A stretch of 64,000 nt of DNA. Origin: Obrimoposthia wandeli (lineage: Eukaryota). Positions 1 to 9,527 of this stretch are shown one piece after another. The translations under genes were made by a program, and so were the position numbers. The stretch spans positions 62,001 to 126,000 of the forward strand of contig CDROCS010005690.1 of the NCBI GenBank assembly GCA_977020255.1, given 5' to 3'. Numbering within the stretch: position 1 is the first letter of the stretch; every line of letters starts with the position of its first letter. Below the pieces are notes generated by a model, which worked only from the letters and a program-made list of their open reading frames with translations, did not search any database and was not told the DNA's origin.

Positions 1-820
1 CACTTTCAAAAATACATTACGACTTTATTTCACAATGTATCAATGCTTTTATATCTTCAAAATACTTTATCAATAGTTTCCTCTGACTCTCACCAATAGT
101 ACGTATGCTGGCCTCGTGTGCTGCTGATCCGTCCTCGATATGTTTCCTCGGATGTCAGTTGTTGGCAGATTCAAGTTCGGAGGGCTGCTCGGTTTTCCGT
201 AGGTTGACTTGTCAATACGGCGTTTTTCGATTCCGAATGTTGTGAAATCTGAATTATCTGGCTGCACTTTTCGTTAGAACTCTGAATTATCTGGCTCCAC
301 TTTTTGTTAAAACTCTGAATTATCTGGCTCCACTTTTCGTTAAAATCTGAATTATCTGGCTGCACTTTTCGTTAGAACTCCTCCGCGACTCAATTCCGCA
401 GTCTACTTGTTGCTTGCTGTTCAGAGGTCCCGATCCCGTTAAGTGCTCTCTCATACACTGCTAATGGGTTTCTGTTGTCGTAGCTCCCAGACTGCTAATG
501 GGTTTCCAATGTACGACTAGTTCGACTTTCCTATCCGCCCCTCCTCTCAATAAACTTTTCGCAATAATCCTCTTAATTAGATTTTCGTTTTACTTAATTG
601 ATTCTTGTTTTTTTGGGGCCCTTAATAATAATTTAACCTCCCATTCATACAGCGCACTACACACGACCTTCGTGGTCCTTAATATTCAATTTACCTTTTA
701 ATTTTAATAATTTAATTCTAATATTCAATTTTATTTAATTTATAACCTTGCTTTCAAGGATTCTTATTTTACTATAATTTCGATTAATTATTTTATTTTT
801 ATCAATTCCTAAACCTAACA
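1..820 (-). repeat. LTR-like repeat, left copy (partial)
   Basis: Matches 11437-12771 and ends ...AAACCTAACA at 820. Has 4 units of the 32-33 bp repeat and lacks the block 12151-12330. Confidence 0.9.
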
Positions 821-1070
821 TATCTCGGGGGTTCTAAAAATGTTACGTCCCCGGAACGTATCGATTTTACTTTACTAGCCTCTGGGCTACTGATTTTAAG
901 TTCATCCCTACTAATTCAAGCATTCAGTACTCATCAACATGCCTAATGTTTAACAAAATTCGGTTTTTTAGTTGTTAATATAGTGAATAATTTGGACAAA
1001 GTCTCAAATATTCACTAATTTATTATACACAAAAATGGCTTTATAGATAAAGGAAAGGAGTAGGAAAGGA
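821..1070 (-). repeat. 250-bp LTR-adjacent block duplicated at 12772-13021
   Basis: Runs from TATCTCGGGGGTTCTAAAAATG to GGAGTAGGAAAGGA and appears identical in both places. Confidence 0.9.
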
Positions 1071-1091
1071 TGAATGTAACGTTATCAGTTG

Positions 1092-1627
1092 TCAATTGTT
1101 GATGGTAAGGTCTATTGTCACGGTTTGTTGGTTTCGATTGTCCAGATAGAGCATGACCTGCTCCAGGGGTAGGTCTGGAAAGGACGGAATGTCCCCGTTG
1201 TATAGGAGTAGCTGCTGGCTCAGGGTCAGGTGTGGGCTTTCGATAAATAGGTCGAAGTTCTGCCCGTTCAGCTCATGGTTCTCCATCCATAAGCGTCTGG
1301 CCTGTTGCCATGAACGGCAGTCGCGGCTAGACCGCTATCGCTCGCGGATGCCCAATTGTGTGTTGCGACGGCGCGCGAGGCACACAGAGCACTTACAGTG
1401 CTCGCCACCAATGCAGCTGGTGGGTGAGCGGGTGCCCTTGGATCGTCCACGGCACTGGAGAGTCCACTTGCAAAAGGGTGCCCGGCACATCGGGCATGTG
1501 ATGTGGCCGTGGGTCGAGCCTTGGCCCACGAATAGAGGCAGGACTCGTGGAATTTGTGTTGGCACCCGACAGGGGATGCCGACGCTGCCCAGATTTTCTC
1601 GAGGCAAATTGCACAAAGCATCTGCAC
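1092..1627 (-). pseudogene. RING-H2 protein 3 (frameshifted near 1520, nonsense TAG at 1335-1337)
   Basis: CAIC...CQHKFHESC in one frame joins CPMCR...CKCSVC in a second frame. That frame continues past a single TAG into ORF 1092-1286. Confidence 0.8.
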
Positions 1628-1964
1628 AATAATTACTCTTTAATTTGGGGTTCGATTGGGTTTAATATTAATTTACGAAATTAATATTTTAATTTTAATG
1701 TTATATTTTAATCCTACCGAATTCTGCTTTGATTTTAGGCATGTTTTTTCACATTCATACTAAGCATAAAAAATTGTCTTTTTGAGTTTCAGTCTTAATA
1801 ATTACAATTTCAAATAAACAACACACATAAAAATGGTAACGGTCATTTTACAGTTTCACAAGATTATACAATTATGATTACAATTATGGTAGCTAATTTA
1901 TCGCGGTATGCGATACACAGGGGTAGTTCATGATGTCATGTTTTAAGTCAAAAGTTACCTTCGG

Positions 1965-2270
1965 TTACTGCTGGCTGTTGGGCTGGCCTGTGCGTCGCTC
2001 CTCCACGCAGAACGAACACCAGCAGTCGCAGATGTTTTTCCAGCAGTGTACAATGGGTACCACTGCTTGGAGGCTGTCCCGGTTGTAGACATAGTGCACC
2101 GAGAAGGTTGCTCTGCACATCGGGCAGTTTGGGTAGTCGAGGGGATTGTTGTTGTTGGCGATTGGGATCCACGTCTCGAGGCATTCGACGTGGAACTGGT
2201 GGTCGCAGTTGTTGGGTTTGGTGTAGAGGTCCACGATGTTCTCGTAGCAGATGGAACATTCTCCAGACAT
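1965..2270 (-). CDS. RING-H2 (C3H2C3) E3 ligase-like protein 2
   Basis: CSIC-x13-CDHQFHVEC-x18-CPMCR; C-terminal CWKNICDCWCSFC. Confidence 0.9.
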   Translation of the reverse strand: MSGECSICYENIVDLYTKPNNCDHQFHVECLETWIPIANNNNPLDYPNCPMCRATFSVHYVYNRDSLQAVVPIVHCWKNICDCWCSFCVEERRTGQPNSQQ

Positions 2271-2330
2271 TACTGTGAGAGGGTTGATGTTGAATTTGGG
2301 CTCGATTGAGGACTGGTGGTTGTGTGATAT

Positions 2331-2630
2331 TTACACAAAAGTGGTCGGATTTTGTCGTTCTGACAGACAGTAGTAACACCAACATTCTCTCAAATTCTTC
2401 CAACAGAATATCACTTGTACATCTACATCCTCTTGGTTGGTTTCTAGTCTGATTAACCTTGTGAATTGTCTTCTGCATACAGGGCAACGAGGGTATGTCG
2501 GATAGGGAGTTTCTCCATATGTTCTGATCCATTTTGATAAACAATCCTCGTGGTGTAAATGATTGCAGGTTTCGGGTCTTGTTCTTCGTTCGGTTAAATC
2601 TTCCAAACATATTGGGCATTCTTCGGACAT
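2331..2630 (-). CDS. RING-H2 (C3H2C3) E3 ligase-like protein 1
   Basis: CPIC-x13-CNHLHHEDC-x18-CPVCR; C-terminal CWKNLRECWCYYC; paralog of 1965-2270. Confidence 0.9.
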   Translation of the reverse strand: MSEECPICLEDLTERRTRPETCNHLHHEDCLSKWIRTYGETPYPTYPRCPVCRRQFTRLIRLETNQEDVDVQVIFCWKNLRECWCYYCLSERQNPTTFV

Positions 2631-2755
2631 TCTAAATACATTATGACAATTAATTTCTACATGAGTTTTACATATTTCTACTTATTTGTACAATCGCTTC
2701 TAGATATTTCTACATATTTTTACACCCTAATTTATCTACAACCTCCTCTGACTTA

Positions 2756-4951
2756 TCATGTCTTGATGGGAGGCGGAGGTAAGGGTCGCAATTCCACTTC
2801 CTCCATTGTGGGTGTGTTACAGCATCGCAGTCCTTCGCATTTTCGTCGTATTCTTGGGCATACCTGGCTGCCTTTCACGCACACGACTGTCAATAGAACC
2901 GCTGCTGTTGACACTACTGCCATTCCAATTAGAGCATTGACCGCTGTTATTCCGCTGTCCGATGATTGGTAATCATACTTCATTTTGTTGTTTGTCGGTT
3001 TGAATGACGTTTCCATTGGTATTGATCGGTTTCCATGTATTATGTCCGATTTTCTAATAACTCGCGGATTTGGATATTTTGTTTTCGGTCCAACAGGTAT
3101 TCTTAATTGGGATTTGATATGATATTTGGGATCTAGTGAAATCGTTCCCTTCACTCTTGTCCTCTCAATAATTGTGCTTTGATTTCTGGGCTCGAGCTCT
3201 TTTCCTTTCACCTCTGTCTTTGTTATGATTACTTTTGGCTTCTCGGAATGACGTTTACTTCCGTTTACCTTTGCCTTCTTTTTGACTATGATTGGTTTTT
3301 CGGAATGACGTTTACTTCCTTTCACCTTTTCCTTTTTTATGACTATGATTGGTTTTCCGGGAATGATTTTCCTGGGTTTGATACTTATACCGAGTCCACG
3401 AAATCGACGTGTCTGGTATCTTAGAGTTATGTAGGATATTTCACCTGTTATTACTATGATTATGGTAGAGATCTCTCTAGCATTGCTGGGAATTCGGTTA
3501 CATAGACGTTCTGTATCAAAATGTGGTACTAACATTTGGTTTTGAATTTCGAATCTGATTCCACCATCTGGATTGGGACACGACACTGTTACTTTGTCAG
3601 TTTCTAACAATCTGAAGAATAATCTAACGGAATTCCATACGGTTTTACGTCGTCTACCTGTGATCATAATCCTGTCGACAACTTTCCAGATGCGCTCGTC
3701 GTTAGGTAATATTAATGACTTTGTTTGGATAAATTGAATAATCCGTTTCCTTTTTGATATTGTTATTCGTAGGTATAATACCTTTTCATGGTAGAATAAT
3801 ATCAGTCGGTAATAAAGTTTATGTTGGTCAATCTTTATTTTGATCTGGCGAATGACATACAATTTCTGATCGACATTTTCGGTTGCTGATGTTTGTAGGT
3901 GAATGTCTATTACGTAATTTGTTTTTATTAGAGGTATTTTTATGGATAACGCCCGTATCGTATCTTGTCTCCATTTACTGATCATGATCTCATAACCAGC
4001 CTCGGTCGTGGTGATTTGCATGATCAGCATGATTCCGATGATCGTCCGATTCCGAATCTCAGGAACTTCTCTGGAATAACTCAAGTTACTCATATAGTAC
4101 GGTCTTTCCTCGATATGTTCATATATCGTTGGCTGGTACTCTGGTGCTGGTTCATTTAGGAATGCTGGTCTTGGTATACTTGTGTTGAAGTTTTGTAAAT
4201 TCATTTGACCTGCTTGTCTTGCGAGATCATGACGTTTCTTTTTTGATCTCAACTCCATCTTTGTACAACAAAACAAGATGAGTAATATTAATATTATAAA
4301 TCCAATGATCAATGCCAGTATTGGATTAACCAATTCTAGAATACCATAACGTATTGCTGGTATCCCTTTACTCTTGATGGTTAATATTTTAAATTTATGT
4401 ACACTTTGGTTGGACATGTCACTGAGAAGTACTATTTTAGTTTGTCCAAATGTGTAATCTTCACATGTGACAACACTAACTCCATAATGTCCATTAAGTG
4501 TTTTCATTTCGGTCGCTGGGACTATACACATTCGTCCTGGACATCCTTTCACACACATGACCATTACGGCTTTACTTTGAGACGTCTTGATTATTTCTAG
4601 GGTGTTGTCTAGATTTCTCAAATGTAAATTATATCCAGGTAGCTTCATCAATTCAGCTTTACTGGCTGGAATGGCTTGTAGTACCAATCCAATTACTACT
4701 CCGTAGATCAATCCTTGTGCAACAGTGCACAGGGCCTTGATTGTCCTTTTGCAAAGGATTTTGATTATCATTCGTTTGAGAGACATCTGTTTCTGGTTAG
4801 GTCGTTTTGTTGTCTGTCGTTGTTTTGACATTTCTTCGATTCCAGTTTTTCCGATAATCAACTGTACCTGTTTACCTTGTATCATCAACTTTCCGAATCC
4901 ATTTTTGGCGGACAAACATGTTTTATGTCCTTCCATCGTTTCAATTATCAC
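2756..4951 (-). CDS. Multi-membrane polyprotein: two signal-peptide/ectodomain/TM units of unknown function
   Basis: 731 aa open frame. Signal-like segments GLIYGVVIGLVLQAIPASKA and TIIGIMLIMQITTTEAG; TM segments ILALIIGFIILLILILFCC and ALIGMAVVSTAAVLLTVVCV; Pro-rich C-tail PLPPPP. Confidence 0.7.
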   Translation of the reverse strand: MIIETMEGHKTCLSAKNGFGKLMIQGKQVQLIIGKTGIEEMSKQRQTTKRPNQKQMSLKRMIIKILCKRTIKALCTVAQGLIYGVVIGLVLQAIPASKAELMKLPGYNLHLRNLDNTLEIIKTSQSKAVMVMCVKGCPGRMCIVPATEMKTLNGHYGVSVVTCEDYTFGQTKIVLLSDMSNQSVHKFKILTIKSKGIPAIRYGILELVNPILALIIGFIILILLILFCCTKMELRSKKKRHDLARQAGQMNLQNFNTSIPRPAFLNEPAPEYQPTIYEHIEERPYYMSNLSYSREVPEIRNRTIIGIMLIMQITTTEAGYEIMISKWRQDTIRALSIKIPLIKTNYVIDIHLQTSATENVDQKLYVIRQIKIKIDQHKLYYRLILFYHEKVLYLRITISKRKRIIQFIQTKSLILPNDERIWKVVDRIMITGRRRKTVWNSVRLFFRLLETDKVTVSCPNPDGGIRFEIQNQMLVPHFDTERLCNRIPSNAREISTIIIVITGEISYITLRYQTRRFRGLGISIKPRKIIPGKPIIVIKKEKVKGSKRHSEKPIIVKKKAKVNGSKRHSEKPKVIITKTEVKGKELEPRNQSTIIERTRVKGTISLDPKYHIKSQLRIPVGPKTKYPNPRVIRKSDIIHGNRSIPMETSFKPTNNKMKYDYQSSDSGITAVNALIGMAVVSTAAVLLTVVCVKGSQVCPRIRRKCEGLRCCNTPTMEEVELRPLPPPPIKT

Positions 4952-5125
4952 TCTCTTACTTCCATACTAACGTGTTTTGATGACATCGCCGTCGAATATA
5001 TACGTCGGACCTTTTGTATCCGCATCTTTTTGTATTTCCCTCACAATTCGCCTTCTTCGCTTGCATCCGGCGAAAGTTGATGATATTCGGTCAAGTGTGC
5101 GCTGTCGGTCAGCTTCGTAGTCCAT

Positions 5126-5521
5126 TCATAATTGATTCAGTAATCTGTTTTGTGGATAAAATATCGCTTCATTCACTATGTTATCCTGAATCCTTTCATC
5201 TAGATACACAAGTACTTGGTTCGTTGGTCCATTCGGTCTCTTCATTTTCACAAACTGGAATCTTTTACTATCGGTTCTCATAGATCGGAGACATTTTCGG
5301 ATAAACCACACATCAATTAGTCCTATCAACACTAATAGCATCATCAGTGCCGGTGTATTGTACTGTATGATGTAGTTGTTGATTTCTTTGAACCATGAAC
5401 TATTTCCGTGGTCCGAGCCTATCTCTTGTGCTCCCGTTATCGGAATTAGACAACTTAACAAGCCTAGTGCTAGCAATCTTTGGTATTGATAGCTGGGAAC
5501 TGTTGTTGTAGCTTCATTTGT
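5126..5521 (-). CDS. Small type-I membrane protein
   Basis: Signal-like LLALGLLSCLIPITGA and TM ALMMLLVLIGLIDVWFI. In frame with the upstream DSP2 ORF across one TAA. Confidence 0.6.
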   Translation of the reverse strand, partial: TNEATTTVPSYQYQRLLALGLLSCLIPITGAQEIGSDHGNSSWFKEINNYIIQYNTPALMMLLVLIGLIDVWFIRKCLRSMRTDSKRFQFVKMKRPNGPTNQVLVYLDERIQDNIVNEAIFYPQNRLLNQL

Positions 5522-6100
5522 TTATCGTTGTTGCTTCCTTTTTTCGGAGTATTTCTCTATTTCTCGAACGAGTAACGGTTTGAATTCCGTATCTGGTCTA
5601 TTCTGTTTGATATAAACCATCGCTTCCTCTGGTGTATGACCATGGTACTCTACCAACAAGGATACACCTATGGTAGGAGCTAACATTGTACCTTTTTTCT
5701 GGTATATCAGAACGCCGTTTCCTTCTGTGACTTCGGCTTGGATGGTTTGAGTCAACTTCATCAGGTGTTGTTGTGCATCGTTTATCTCTCGATTGGAAGC
5801 ATGTATGTATCGAGTTGTGTCATCTTCAGTATGTTGACACAGACTGATTATCTCATTTCCGACTTCAACAATATTAATTACTCGGTTGATACTGTGGAAC
5901 TTTAATCCAGCAGTATCTATATCTCCTGGATGACATAGAAATACTTTTGGCATTATCTGCGTAATTTTGTCGACTCCAGCTAAGAATAAACCGGTCAACG
6001 ATAGTGCTTGAAGAAAATTCTTTTTCTTTGGATCCTCGGGGATGTCGTCCATCCGTCTCTGTTCTTGCAACATGAGTTGGTAATTTGACAATTGTCCCAA
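5522..6100 (-). CDS. C-terminal helix of DSP1 plus a second, catalytically dead dual-specificity phosphatase domain
   Basis: Starts (L)GQLSNYQ, the expected end of DSP1 after a frameshift near 6105. Then ITQIMPKVFL, INRVINI, VLIYQKKGTMLAPT (HCxxGxxR lost) and EAMVYIKQNRP. Confidence 0.75.
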   Translation of the reverse strand: MGQLSNYQLMLQEQRRMDDIPEDPKKKNFLQALSLTGLFLAGVDKITQIMPKVFLCHPGDIDTAGLKFHSINRVINIVEVGNEIISLCQHTEDDTTRYIHASNREINDAQQHLMKLTQTIQAEVTEGNGVLIYQKKGTMLAPTIGVSLLVEYHGHTPEEAMVYIKQNRPDTEFKPLLVREIEKYSEKRKQQR

Positions 6101-7740
6101 AAAATTAAGGTTGCAATACTTCTTCTTTCCTGTAGGTATTTCAGCGCTTCTAGTACCTGCATTCGTCTAGTCTTTATTAGATACGCTAATACTAGAGTTG
6201 CTGATCGGGAGATTCCTTTCTGACAATGTACCAACACTTTTCCTTGGTTTTGGAGTTCTCTGTGAAGTATCTCGTTTGTTTCTACGAACCATTCGAGAAG
6301 ATTAGCTTCCATTGAGTCTTTTACTCTTAATGTCATAGCTCTGATCGTCTGATATTGCGATTTGTGATTCATTGTAACATTGATCACGTATGTTATCCCT
6401 TGTTCCAACAGTTTCTTTTCGTCTGTTGCATCTTCCACATTTCCGAGGTATAACTTATCTGGAATGATCTCACTCATTGGTGGCATTAATTCTGACTCTT
6501 CAAGGTTTAGTCTTTCTAATCTCTTCTCTATTTGTTCGTCACATTCGTTCACTTCTCGCATAACTTCGAATATGTCTTCAATTCGGCTATTTGTTATCAC
6601 TCTGCCTACTATTAGGGCTGATTTTCCTTCTGGAATCTCGTCACTGTTATCGAAATCGGGTGCTTTTCCCATTTGGATTTCTGGTACGTTTGAAGTTTTC
6701 AGTTTCAAAAGAAATGGACAATTTGGTGCATCTCTTTTATGACGTTTCATTGGGTTTTCATTGTTCTCCCACTTTCTAAACTTTACTCTACACCATACGC
6801 ATCGTACTACTTCCCCATGACCATAACTACTTGTCGCGTTTAACATTTGTAAACCTGTTCTTGCCATTTTACGTGACATTTCTTTTGAATAGTACGGTTC
6901 TAGTGATCTTCGTCTATTTTTCTCGATTCTCAAGGGATCTTTTTCTGACAGATTCACATATGTTATTTTCCTCCTCGTCATAGCTTGTGGTCCGGAGTTT
7001 ACATCTTTGTAGTGAAGTATCGACTTTACTAGCGCTTCCTGTTTCCTATCTTGGTACGGATTTCCCATACGGAACATAGTGTATTTTTCCTTTTCGACTA
7101 TAGGTCCTCTCAACATTTTTATCTCACTCACTGAACTGTCGTTCTTAAAACTCTTGTTGTTTGGTAATATAATTATTCTTTCAAACATCCGTATTACGTC
7201 CATCCCAATCATGACTGGACTACCACAATCTGTGAATATTCTAGCATTTAACTGTAATGCTCTTCCATCGATATTTAACGAACATTTCAGTGTTCCTTCT
7301 GACACTACATCTGTACCATTCACGTTAAAAAATGTCTGTTTTCTAGGACATACTTTTCTTAATTCTTTTGATGACAATATTTCTTTACTCAATACTGATA
7401 CTGCAGATCCAGTATCAACTTCAGCAAGATATTCTCTTCCGTTCAGTGTTACTGCTACTTGTGGTGGAGCATTTGGATTCTCATTGGATATCCTAGACTT
7501 TAGAATTCTTCTAGAATTATCTTTTTTGTCTTTTTCCTCTGCTTGCGGAATCTCACTGTAGTTTACCTTAGGCCATCTTATCATTAAAATGCCTCTCTTG
7601 AATTTTTCCTTCTCTTCTTTTAGTTCCTTCATTGGATATAGGTTTAGCGCCACTTCTTCCTTGTCTGGTAACGGAATCTTTGGTTTTCCTGGTATCTTTG
7701 CATATTCTCCTGGGCTATCATTATCGTCGTCGTTGTCGTC
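5995..7740 (-). CDS. Retropepsin aspartic protease - BIR - dual-specificity phosphatase polyprotein segment
   Basis: AEVDTGSAVSVL and VMIGMDVI (protease, ~7165-7467); CVWC-x16-H-x6-C (BIR, ~6706-6927); SEIIPDKLYLGN and VLVHCQKGISRSATLVLAYL (DSP, ~6110-6483). The frame is open up to 7740, directly after the env TGA. Confidence 0.92.
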   Translation of the reverse strand, partial: DDNDDDNDSPGEYAKIPGKPKIPLPDKEEVALNLYPMKELKEEKEKFKRGILMIRWPKVNYSEIPQAEEKDKKDNSRRILKSRISNENPNAPPQVAVTLNGREYLAEVDTGSAVSVLSKEILSSKELRKVCPRKQTFFNVNGTDVVSEGTLKCSLNIDGRALQLNARIFTDCGSPVMIGMDVIRMFERIIILPNNKSFKNDSSVSEIKMLRGPIVEKEKYTMFRMGNPYQDRKQEALVKSILHYKDVNSGPQAMTRRKITYVNLSEKDPLRIEKNRRRSLEPYYSKEMSRKMARTGLQMLNATSSYGHGEVVRCVWCRVKFRKWENNENPMKRHKRDAPNCPFLLKLKTSNVPEIQMGKAPDFDNSDEIPEGKSALIVGRVITNSRIEDIFEVMREVNECDEQIEKRLERLNLEESELMPPMSEIIPDKLYLGNVEDATDEKKLLEQGITYVINVTMNHKSQYQTIRAMTLRVKDSMEANLLEWFVETNEILHRELQNQGKVLVHCQKGISRSATLVLAYLIKTRRMQVLEALKYLQERRSIATLIFWDNCQITNSCCKNRDGWTTSPRIQRKRIFFKHYR

Positions 7741-9527
7741 TCAATAGTTTCTTGGGTCTCGCATCATGGTTCTTGTTTGATGTTGCTCCTTCTTGAGGGC
7801 TCGCAACTCGTTCTCGTGATGATGGTGCATTAGATATTTTGCTAAAAATGGAAAACATCCAATTATAAGTTGCCAGGTGATTCTGGTTATCCTGTATAAA
7901 CTATACGTAGACAACACCTGGGCTATAATTACCTGCACAAATTTAATTATAACATAAATACCTATGATACCCGAAAATAATTGTCCTAAAACAAGGAATT
8001 TCCCCCACATCTTTCTAAGTGTCTGATGTGCTGCTTCCTTGAAATGACTTGGCGATAACAACATATCAAAATTCGCATATCTAGCTCCTGGCGGTAATGC
8101 TCGATGTACCATCTCCGTAAGTACTCTGGCCCTTTTTACTGGAAACATTATTTCGTTCCAGGCCGCTTTTAAGTCTTTTTCATTGTACAAACCTGCGTTC
8201 TCCATATTTTCTACCGCTTCGAATTTCATTTTTCCTTTAAGATTCGTCATTTTTATCATCTCTGGAGTTTTCGTTGGCTTTCGGTCAGGTAGCGTTATCC
8301 ATAGATCATTCGTCATCTGATATTCAGGTGCCATTATATTAGAGCAGCTGATTTCTTTAGTTGGAGTGTCTTTTGGAAGTATCATTCTCGTGATTGGTTC
8401 AACAAAGAGTTCTTTTAAATTATGCGTTACTGTCAATTCACTCGTACATCGGTTTGTTGTTCTCAACTGTACTTCTACTTTATTACACTTGTAAGTATAC
8501 AATACTTATCCCATGGTTTTAGCAAATACTCCTTCATCCAAGGGTAATATTGGTGCTACCATGTCTGGATTCGTAATAGCTAATGCTAACTTTGTTCTTA
8601 CGATCTCTTTGTTTAGCTGGCAATCTCTCTCGATCATCATCCGATATAACTGTTCCATTTGCATCAATTCTTTATGATAATAAAAATCAATTTTATTATT
8701 AAAATACGTGTGTAGCTGCATATCTCTAGGTTTTAGCTTGGTTTCTGCCAATGCTATTAATTCTCTAGACAAAACTATTCCTGGATAGTTTGTAGTACTA
8801 ACAGTCATTCCGCATCGCGCTTTGTTTCTCTTTTTAATAAATATCAATCCTTCTTTTGTTGATGTTGCCATTAACAGTGTAGGTGTCGCCGTCATAGGAA
8901 TTGGTCTTGTTTCATTATGAAATCCTTCTCCAACTTTATTATACAGGAACCCTTCTCCATCTTTATTATACAGGAACCCTTTTATTTTATTAAAGCTAAT
9001 TTCTTTCAAAAATACTAAAGAGCATTGTTTCGGATTCACGTGATACACAATTGTGGATTCACCTGTAAAACAAGATGCATCTGTCATTCTACATTCCGGA
9101 TACTTCATCATTCGTTGTGTCTTTTTATCAAAATTGGAGGTCCATGTTTTTAATTCGATCTGGTAAGTTACGTCCATTACTAACTCTGTTACTTTGATTC
9201 CACGCACGTTTTTTATTCCTCCGTCACAAGATCCATCAGGCCATCGTTGTCTTCGCAATCTCTCGGAAAAACCTCATGTGGTTTGTACGGTTTGGTAGGT
9301 GTGATTTCCGACATAAAACTTCTATGGCCACTATAGAATTCGTGATAACTTGAATGGACTGAACATTCTTTCACTTCTACTTGTATTTTATCAACATCCT
9401 GATACACAAAGTAGTTTTCAATACCTTTAACTTCTAATTTTGACGGTTGTGATTCTGGACAGTCTTCGCTGTCAAGCAGTGAATACTTTTTTTCCATCTT
9501 TGGTATGCTACAGTCGTATGCTATCAA
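7741..9527 (-). pseudogene. env: Envelope glycoprotein, chuvirus-G / herpes gB-like (class III) type; frameshift near 9245 and nonsense TAA at 8506-8508
   Basis: Mature N-terminus LIAYDC...YSLLDSEDC; CGMTVSTTNYPG; LHTYFNNK; DCQLNKEIVRTKLALA..NP; MG*VLYTYKC.KVEVQLR..CTSELTV..F..P.TR; C-terminal TM (LVLGQLFSGIIGIYVIIKFVQVII). Confidence 0.85.

Noticed and set aside
7738-7746. Programmed readthrough between env and protease
   Set aside because: Context TAT-TGA-GAC does not match common readthrough motifs, and other isolated stops in this copy are evidently decay. Left open pending other copies.
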